From NCBI RefSeq assembly GCF_009914755.1, contig NC_060936.1: a DNA stretch of 64,000 bases, one strand, 5' to 3'. The notes beneath the pieces were generated by a model. The model was not told the origin of the DNA. It worked only from the letters and a program-made list of their open reading frames with translations, and did not search any database. Shown one piece after another: positions 54,931 to 64,000 of the stretch (position 1 is the stretch's first letter; every line of letters begins with the position of its first letter). Made by a program: the position numbers and the translations under genes. The stretch is from the human T2T-CHM13v2.0 reference genome, Homo sapiens.

Positions 54931-56326
54931 ACATTGGTTATGTCTTTTTGTAGAAGGAAAGTAGGTATTAGCCCCTATGTCTCTCTCTCACTCAGTTACC
55001 TTCCTTTACTGAATCAAGAATCATTGAAGAATACAGAATACTGGAGGGAGAGGCAGAGTCCCTACCCTCAGGAGACTCCTGGTGTGATGGGGATGATGTG
55101 ACACACAACAGACGCAGACATGAAGACAAGGGCAGAGATCCTGGCAGTGATGGAGGATGGAGAGGGACTACTGAATGGAATGCGGTGGCTTGTCCACAGA
55201 AGCCTTCCTTCAGAAGGCTTGTCAGGGAGTGTTTGGAAGAGAAGGTTTAGGGCCAAAGAGTAAAGGGAAGGAGGGTGTCTTTGATGAGAGAGAAGAGTGA
55301 GCTTTAAGGTAGAAAGAGGGAAATTTGCATGGATGGAAGACATTTTTCCTAGCTGAGGCAGAATGTCTGAAAGATGGAGTCACAGGAAAGTGGAAGCATG
55401 GGAAGAGGAGTGTCCCAGTGGGAAGAGGGGTCAAAGTGTTTGTTGGTGGTGTTTTGTCAAACAGCTGCTGTGAGGCATTTAGGTAGTGCCTTTGAAACAC
55501 CAGGTCCACAGAGGGAAGGCTCCCACCTGTTGCAAGGGATGGGGCCTGACAAGGGCAAGGAAGAGATGAGGGCAGCTAGGAGGGAAGAGGATACAAAGAC
55601 TGGAGAAGGCGCTGCAGGGCCTTTCTGACTCCTGCTTCTGAGCTTGTGAAGAGGAAAGAGCAGATGGTTCTTTTCCAGTTTCCTTCTAATTCCAATAGGA
55701 GAGTTTAGGGTTGGACAAAAGAAAGGATTATAGAATTGTCCAAAGCAAATGCACCATTTCATTGTCTTCTGTGCCCTAAAATATGTGTGGCCTGTGAGGA
55801 GGGCACCTGCTCTAAGGCAGAAAGGTGCACAGGGATGGAGCTGATCTTCAGCTCCTGCAGTGGATGGGGAGTGGGGGCAGTTGGTGCTCTTAAGTGTTGC
55901 TCTCGGCGTCTCTGGCTCAGGCTTCTGTAAGTACAGACCTGCATCTGAGCCCCGCCCCAAGTGTTGATTATACCCCTTGGGATGCATCATTGCTAAGAAA
56001 GCAGATGTGCCAGATGTGACATGTTTGAAAGAAAAAAAAATCCCTCGCCTCTGAGCCTTGAGGGGGGCAGCTCATCACCATCTTGCTGCCGCTTATGGGG
56101 AAGGCAGCTGAGGTTGGGCTTAGCCAGCTTCGTACCCTCCTAGTCCCTCCACAGAAGGGTCTCCAAGCACTAAAGGAGCCAGATGTGGGGAAGGAGAGTG
56201 AGGAAAGAAGGAAGAGACACTGAGGCCCCATTTCAAATGGAAGAGATTTTGGTTGCCCAGTAGTGGGTGGGCTGCCAGCTAGTTCACCTTACTGGGTTGG
56301 GCTCCTCATGTAAGGAGGTGTTGATA

Positions 56327-56364
56327 TGTGTGCATGTGCGTGTGTGTGTGTGTGTGTGTGTGTG
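56327..56364 (+). repeat. (TG)n microsatellite
   Basis: Directly visible. Confidence 0.96.
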
Positions 56365-57154
56365 AACAGTCTCTAAGTATGAGTTTCTAGGAATTCAACC
56401 CCATAATACCACTCTGGTTTATCTTCCAACTTCTCCTGAATGCCTCCCATGACTTCCTGGGAAGCCTCCTGCTCCATACCTCCCTGCTGCCCTTGCAGTT
56501 TTCCTAGTTTTATTTTCTTCCTGCCCTCAGAAATTGAGCTCAGAACTTGCTGTATGTCTTGTCCTTTGCCTGAGGGAGAACCTCTTGAGCTGTGCTGACA
56601 GATGTCTCAGTCTGGGAAGACGCAGAATGCTTTGCTGGGTACCTCTCTGCCAAGGTGGCACCCAAGATACCCAAATATCAGGGTCTTGGTTCTTCAGTTA
56701 CTCCCCCAGTCATTCTCAATGCTGATGGGATAAAGGAACAATTCATTCAATAAGACAAGGAAAGGACTCGGGAAAGAAATCCAAGAAAGACTCTTGAGTA
56801 TACTAGAAAGTTCTAAGACTGAGGTCAAGGTAAAGTCACAAAATACTGCACAATGCCTGGGGAATGGATTTAATGGTTCTAAAGTATCAACAACCCTTAG
56901 AATGTTTCCAGACATTCCAGGCATTCCAGAAAGCCTCTGCTTAGATTCCTAGAGGTGATTCTTGATTACATCTTTAAGTGTTGACATTTCCTATTTTCTA
57001 AATTAGATTCTAACCCTTCTAATCTGAGCCCAAGAAAAGTGGACCTGTCACCAAGACATCTTGGCGGCTAACCCAAGACTTGAATACTTGTAAGTTAGCA
57101 GAGTTCTGTTTCTACCAGCTAAAAGTCCACTGACTAAACCAAATCCTACAAAGT

Positions 57155-57232
57155 AGCTCTGGCTCTATCCCTAACCTTATCTTTAATCCTGATCCTGAAA
57201 TTAACCCTAACCCAAATCCCAATTCTAACCCT
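57155..57232 (+). repeat. Degenerate (AACCCT)n hexamer array
   Basis: 13 in-phase hexamers including aaccct x2, aaccca, aacctt, atccct, aatcct. Confidence 0.65.
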
Positions 57233-58729
57233 GCTTACCTCTCCCGTCCCCCACACCCACTACCTGGAATGATTTGAGAGTGGGAGGGGTTGGGGAGGAG
57301 AGGGCAAGATGAGGAATGCCTCTGGGGCAACGGAGGAGGAGATCCAGCCAGAGCGACCTGGAGGAGCCAGTGTGGTATCTGGGAGCCTGGGGCATAATCC
57401 TGGTACTTGCCAAGCCATGAGTCACAACATCATTCTCCATGGCATTTTGTTGGAGGGTGTCTGGGCTGGCAGCTGGTAAACAGGCTTGCTTAGAATAAGG
57501 TGTGCCCCACTGCCCCTCTCCATAATTTGGGGGAGAAGGGAGAAAGTCTTCTGTCCTGAGGGTCCTTCTTTCCTCTGTCCTTTTAGATTTCACAAGACTC
57601 AGTCAAAGCAAGAGGAAATACTTGGAACTTAGAAATTCTTTGTTGCTAGTTGCAAGGAAATTATGGAGAGATGAAATCATTGAGAATGCAGAGTCTTGAA
57701 GCTTCCAAACGTGAGAGGTGCCCTAGTCCAGCCCCCTAAGCGTTATCCCCCCAAGCGTCATCCCCCTGAGGGATGCCAGGTTGCCCCATTCTGCCCTGTG
57801 CCCTCTCATGGCAATGCCCATGCTACTCCACCACCCTCCCACTGCAGTCACTGCCAAAATTCAGATAGGCATCCACTGCGGCTGGATAGAGATCTTTATG
57901 GGGGTAAACATGTGCTTGTGGATAAAATAGCAACTGGAAACACCTGGACTTTTTTCCTGAACTTGGTACCTATCCCAGCTAGCATCAGTCATGATGCGTC
58001 AGTTTTCTATCTACAAAATGGGACCAACTCTGAGCCTTACTCTTGGGGAAGGTTTAGAAGGAGCAGTACACTAATGACTATTTTCTGACATCGAGAGATG
58101 ATGATTGGGGTTATTATTGTTTATTCCTTGAGGATGCAAGACAGCCATCAGCCTGACTCTAAACACATGTAGTTCATTGCAATTGCTGTCTTTGGGGCTC
58201 AGAGAAGCTCTGCTCCTTGTTTCCCTATCCTTAGCCCGTATCTGCCAATCCTACTATTACTATTTATACTATAAATAGGACTTCAGGGAAGGAGGGTGCC
58301 TGGTTGCTTGATGTCTTCCCTCTAGGCCTTATTTTCACACCTTGGAGCAGAATTTACACACCCCTCCCATTACAGATTTAGCTCCTGTCCCAGCATCCTT
58401 TGCCGGGTTTGGAGGTTAAAAGTTCTTTAAATCCAGCTAGGAACTGACAGTTGCAGGACCTAACCTGCAGTATGTTATGAGAGACCCCCAATGCTTCATC
58501 CTTTGAACGCCACACAACAGTCACTTCAACGAAGTCTTCTAAACTCCCAGGTGCTACCCACTTGGCAGACACCAGTGTTTCAGTTTGTTGAGGATTTCAA
58601 AAATACTGTTTGATTTAGAAAAAAGTCAAATGTATAAATCAAACTATGTAAATCAAAAGAGGTTTGGTGTCACAATTCCTGCCAACTGCCTCCTTTTCTC
58701 TCTCTCTCTCCATAATACTGAAACATTGT

Positions 58730-58950
58730 AGTAATAATAATAACTAACATTTAAAGAGCATTTTACAGTTCCAAAGTGTTGTCATTTATCATCATTCGAT
58801 GATAAACCTGTGTGCTTGGAATTCTTACCCACATTTTACAGATGAGAAAACTGAGGAACAGAGTGTTTAGTGAGTTCCTCAAGGTTACAAAACTAGTAAG
58901 TGACCCAGTTGGCATTTGATCAAAATGTAGTGACTGTTACAAGGAGGCTG
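58730..58950 (-). mobile_element. MIR SINE
   Basis: cattttacagatgagaaaactgagg...caaggttacaaaactagtaagtg. Confidence 0.85.
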
Positions 58951-59320
58951 AAAGTCTTTTTATTGTCCAACTATGGAAAAAGGAGTTAGGGAGCCCTTTC
59001 TGAAGAACTTTTCAGGATGGGGAATACAGAATTTCTAATTCACAGAAATGTTCCTAACTCACAGAATCAGGATAAGATGACCTTGGCCTGGGGCCCAAAA
59101 GATATCAGGTGTAAAATACACAGTAAATCTAACTGTAAGGTCAGATAAATATTAAGAAAAATGAGAAAAAAATGCCATCATTTACATGCAGATAGTATTT
59201 AATTGCTGAAGTTTTGAACATTCTAAGCAGTCTTATTTAGAAGGAATCCCCAGAGGCTAATCTGTCCAGGGTCCCATCTCTAGGCCATACTGTTAACACG
59301 TGGTTGGATGCCCTGTTCTT

Positions 59321-59702
59321 TTATTTATTTATTTATTTAATTTTTAAAATTTCCGCTTTTATTTTAGGTTCAGGAGGTGCACGTGAAAGTTTGTTGCATG
59401 GGGGAATTGTGTGATGCTGAGGTTTGGGGTAGGAATGATCCCATCACCCAGGTAGTGAGCATAGTACCCAACAGGTAGTTTTTCAACCCTCATCCCCGCC
59501 TTCCTTCCTCGTTTAGTATTCCTCAGTGTCTATTGTTTCCATCTTTATGTCCATATGTACTCAGTGTTTAGCTCCCACTTATACGTGAGAACATGTGGTA
59601 TTTGGTTTTCTTCTGTGTTAATTTGGTTAGGATAATGGCCTCCAGCTGCATCCATGTTGCTGCAAAGGACATAATTTCATTCTTCTTTTTTTTTTTTAAA
59701 TG
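59321..59702 (-). mobile_element. 5'-truncated old L1PA (L1PA15/16-like) 3' end
   Basis: gatcccatcacccaggtagtgagcatagtaccc...gctcccactta...gagaacatgtggtatttggtttt; 15-bp TSD ggatgccc(t/a)gttctt at 59306-59320 and 59703-59717. Confidence 0.92.
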
Positions 59703-59924
59703 GGATGCCCAGTTCTTAAAGATGTCAGGGGAACAACAGCTCATGTAGTATTTGATTCACCTATTATTAACTTTATCTTAGACCCAATCTAAATATCTTT
59801 TGCTGTTATCCCACTAGTTCTGTGTTAGTGGGAGTAGAGTAAAGCTTTCCAATCTCCACCTCTCTCTCTCTCTCTCTCTGCCACTTTTCTGCTTAGAAAC
59901 TTTTGCTGGTTTCCCACAGCCACC

Positions 59925-60100
59925 TTATTGGGTGCTTACTATGTGTCAGGCACTGGTGCTTTATACGCACGATCTAATTAGATTGCTACATCAACCCTGT
60001 GAGGTAGGGGCTTTTGCTTTCTTCATTTTAACATAAGAAACAAAGAATAGTTAAAAAATTTGTCTGGCATCCCATGACCGGAAAGTGGCAGAGCTGAGAA
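59925..60100 (-). mobile_element. MIR SINE
   Basis: ttattgggtgcttactatgtgtcaggcactg...caaccctgtgaggtagg. Confidence 0.8.
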
Positions 60101-61339
60101 ACTCTGTGTATATTAAAATGTATATTTTATGTCTCTTGATGGCAGGACCTGACATCTCTTGTACCAAACACCAAGCATAGCCCTCCAGTAATGCTCAATA
60201 AATGCTTGCTGATGACTATGTTGATGAAGAAAAAAACAGTTCTATGATCAAAATAATCAGGAGGAAGGGGAATTTTAATTTGGACTATCCAATTTGCATA
60301 GGAGAACAAACCTCTTGATTCTTACCGACTTTGGTGATGCCATTTCAAGAGCCCCTGCTATGTGCAGAGCTCTCCATTCAGTGGAGGAACCCTCTAGGGC
60401 TAAGACCTGATTTCTGTCCTTAGGGAGCTCAAAGGTCAACGGAGGCGACTGCACTCAGATCTAAGACACAGACATTTTTACTGAATTAACATGACCGTTG
60501 CAGGTTCTGACACTACCCAAGAAGAGTTTGGAGGCTCTGGTATGCTCTGATGGTAGGAGGAGATGGTACAGGGAGGCCACAAAGACTGATGCTCTTTGGT
60601 TCTCCAGTTGTCTTTCAGGAGGTGTAGCCTGGTTGTGGCCTGGGGAGTTTGGCTGTTCTGTGTGGTGTGCCTCCACGGTGTGGTCTCCAGTGAGCTGCTC
60701 AGCAGGTAAGGCGGTCCAGAGATGATTTACCCCAGAACAAGGTGAAGAGATGAGAGGACAGGAAGAAGCTCCTCAAGGCCACAGAGCAGCAGAACTGAAA
60801 CAAGAACCAAACGAATCCACGTAAATGTCTCAGCCTCACAGGGTGCGGGTGGAGAGGAGGTGCCATTTCTGTCAGAATGACCCGGTGCTCCAATCGCTCC
60901 CATGTGCCTCCTTTCACTCCCACCACCCGCACTTTGCTTAAGCACCCTGCCCTGAAGCAAGAGCTGAGATGTCAGTTTTTGGGGAAAGTGAGATGCAGAG
61001 TTGCCTGACAAATGGGTGGGTCCCCCCAACCCCGCCTAGTTTATGAGCCCAGGGTGGCTCCTCCCTTCTAACACCCTCCCTCTCTTTATGACCCTGCGCA
61101 ATCTTTGATGTCTTCTTCTTGTGAAGGGTGGTGAGGGAGAAAGAAGACAACCTCAGCCAAAGAGGCCCTGCCCACGATAGTTCTCGGGTGAGGGAAGGGG
61201 CTCCAGGGAGTAGGGCAGGGATTTTGCACAAAGAGCGGTAAGTTGGACAAGCTGACACACTGACCATCCCTCCAGATCTGTATCTACTTGGGAAACATCG
61301 GCACTACATTTGGTCTCTTTCATGGCAATAGAAAGAACA

Positions 61340-61560
61340 TGCTTAGGCTTTGAGCAAGCCAGGCCTGGGTTCAAATCCTAGAACTTCAACATTCTAGCTT
61401 TTTGACCTTGGGCAAATTGCTTAACCCCTTGAGCTTCAGTTTCCTCAACTAAATTAAGTAATACACTATACATTTCATAAGATGTCATGAAAAACTAAGT
61501 AAAACATGCTTACATAAAGTGCCAACATCCATCAAGTGTCTTGCATACAAACTTGTCCCT
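61340..61560 (+). mobile_element. MIR SINE
   Basis: cctgggttcaaatcct...tgaccttgggcaaattgcttaacccct...cagtttcctca. Confidence 0.85.
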
Positions 61561-61955
61561 CTAATTAAAAGATACATTTCTTGACAGCAGGGATGTCAAT
61601 GGCTTGCTGCCCTCCACACCCCTCCACTATTTCCAACACCACAGACCTCTTTGCCTCTCTGTTTTATGTAGAGAGGCATTTTTTACTGAAGCATGTTCTG
61701 CTTTCCTTACAAATGCACAAATCCCAGGATTTGTGCCAATCTTTTCTGTCTTCTGCAGGCCCCCATCTCAAAAGCCACAAAAAGAAAAGGTGGCCAGAGA
61801 GCTTCTCCTACCCTGGAGAATCCTGTAAGCAACTTTTTCTTCACACTTGGCAGTTTTCCCTCTTCTCTGCCATGCTCCCTTTCTCCTCCATTAAAATGAT
61901 TTTATTTGCTTTGCTCCTATTCTTATCCATCTATATATTATTTTTTATTTTATAG

Positions 61956-62161
61956 CTATCCTATAATGGTCTGGGGCTATCCCTCCTGAATCACCAACTA
62001 GGCTTACTTTAGGATTTAATTTGGTTTTATTAAAATTACCAAAATTCTCTCTGGGCAGGTGTAGACCCGGGCAGGGCGAAGCTCTCTGGGCTGTTGACTG
62101 TGAGGCCCCTCCCCACCGGTAGATTTCCAAGCCTCTTCAGTTTTGCATTCAGCCACAGCAG
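61956..62161 (+). other. Candidate exon (non-coding 206 nt, or nested 21/9-nt microexon) ending at a consensus donor
   Basis: Acceptors tttttattttatag (ends 61955), ctcttcag (62140) and ttgcattcag (62152); donor CAG|GTGAGT at 62159-62167. Confidence 0.3.
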
Positions 62162-63746
62162 GTGAGTGTTTCTGGTGCATGTGGACTGTGTGTGCGTGTA
62201 TGTGTGTGTCCTTACCCTATTTTGTCTTATAAAATCTCATAAAATGGGTTTCCCACTCTCACTACCTTTACTTATCCATGTCTACACTCTTGTTGGGAGC
62301 TAATGCTTGCCTACATGATTTTTGCCTTTTCTAAATTCATAAGTAGGAATTTAGAGGAATCCCAGGTAGCCGGTGTAAGTGCATCTGAAACCAGTGAATG
62401 CACCACAGGTGTCTGATATGGATATAGGGAGGGGATGTGTGTGGGTGTGTGCATGTGTGTTTGTCTAAATGTAGCTTGAAGTGTAGATGTTTCCCCAAGT
62501 GGCTAGACACTACAATCTCAGAACTATAAGAACACAGATTTATACTGCCTAAGGAAAGGCTGTAATGTATCTTAAGAGGTGAAAGAAGCTGCCTACAAGA
62601 GGACACAATACCTGCTCTGGGGGGGGGTATAGACACATCCTAATATGTAGATTCTATCAGAGATCATTTTTGGTGTAAACTATAGTAATAGGTTTTAGGC
62701 TGCTTTACTCTTTCTTTTCAGAAAAGTAGTGTAGGAAAAGCTTGGCGGGGGAAACAGATTTCCATTTAAATTTTCCAATATATTACTTTTTCCCTTGAAT
62801 AAAGATATCTTCATTAGGATTCAGAAATTTTTGCTTTAGGGGGGCTGCACCCAGAAGTAGTAGAATAGGAAATAGGAATCAAAGAAAATGAGAATGGTGA
62901 AACTGAAAAGAAACCTCCTGAATTGGATTTCTCATATTTATCTTGGTGGTCGATCATTGTCCCCCAAGGCCACCAACCCACACATTGAGAGGTAGAACTC
63001 AGGCAAAACTTCTCCCCCAGTTCTGTCTTAGTCTAGTTTTCCTGCCTGAAGAGAGACATTTTCAATTCATCAGAGCTTGTGCCTCCCTCCAACTTAAGAT
63101 CTAAATGAGTGTTTTCCCACCTCTGTCTATCTACTCACATCCCAAATATCTCCAAAGAAACTGGGGAAGAGCTCTCTAATGGGGAACGTGAACATTCCAC
63201 TTCTCTATTAGAGAATCCCACAAAATTATGTCAGAGAGCTGCTGGACCAGGAGTCTCTGTTTCTCAGTACCCTGACTTTTGCTCCCTCCCCACTGCTTTG
63301 CTTGGCTGGAATCAATTGACATTGAACCTGCCTATTGCATTTAAGAGAAGTGGGAGTACAGATAGGGTTTTTAAAAAGTTAGCTTCATGTTAGGAATAAT
63401 GCAAGGACTCAAGTGCCTCCCTAAGGATCTAATTTTGAATCTACAGGGTTGAATGAGAAACTAGTCCATTTGAGGCAGCCTAACATGGGGCACTTGAAAA
63501 TGGACATTTTCTCACGATCTGTCCTTTCCTTTAAAAAAATAATGTAACTTAGAAGAATATGATTATCCTAAAACATTTTATTTTTTAATTAAAGAGGGTT
63601 CATTATGCTACCCGTCTCATCTCGTCCCAGAGGAGGAAAACCCTGTGTTCAGCAAGTTTGCTAAGAAATAATTATAGGTTCAGATCTTCCCCAGGCCCCG
63701 AAATTCAATTAAAATTTTTTTGTTTTAAGTTGCTAGCAGTCACATG

Positions 63747-63800
63747 GTATGTATGTGTGTGTGCGTGCGTGCGTGTGTGTGTGTGTGTGCATGTGTATGC
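63747..63800 (+). repeat. (TG)n/(TGCG)n alternating purine-pyrimidine tract
   Basis: Directly visible. Confidence 0.95.
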
Positions 63801-64000
63801 CCCAGTTTTCCTTGTAAGTATTCTGGGAATAGGTTCTCAAATGTGACAGTCATCTTCACATTCTCAGCCCAATTTCTTTGGCTGTATCTAGGTGAGCAGA
63901 TATTAACATGGTGAAAAATCTTCTGCAAAAGGAAGCTCACTTTGATTTTTGTTTGTTGGCTTAATTTTTGGCTAGAATCACCCCAATTGTCTACCAGTCC

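Noticed and set aside
55457-55990. 177-aa ORF on the - strand and other 100-150 aa ORFs in unique sequence
   Set aside because: No recognisable domain, many start at non-ATG codons, and no supporting exon structure. Lengths are within chance expectation for 64 kb.
57732-57766. 15-bp imperfect tandem duplication; similar small duplications at ~3165-3210 and ~30805-30848
   Set aside because: Ordinary slippage products with no spacers or array structure.

Overview
This is primate genomic DNA, most likely human or ape: it carries AluY, AluS and AluJ elements and is CpG-depleted with no CpG island. I find no supportable protein-coding exon, RNA gene, pseudogene or CRISPR array. The ORF-track entries are Alu-derived, simple-repeat-derived or chance frames. 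The window is a mosaic of about 20 Alus or Alu fragments, many MIR/L2/L3 relics, three L1 3' fragments, two MaLR LTRs, hAT-type DNA transposon relics and microsatellites, separated by unique stretches with enhancer-like motif clusters. Repeat orientation weakly suggests a large intron of a + strand gene, but I cannot identify the locus. I see no evidence for a new multi-gene system. The best leads are: a CpG-retaining double hairpin at 23341-23408; a candidate + strand exon or neural-type microexon ending at 62161; a 38-nt tail-less Alu fragment between 7-bp direct repeats at 52051-52100; tandem RFX X-boxes at 7866-7893; a canonical CTCF core at 3662-3674; a bistable inverted triplication at 19204-19255; and an Alu tail expanded into a ~470-bp polypyrimidine tract. 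Repeat subfamily names come from recalled consensus sequences, and the boundaries of old repeats are approximate.
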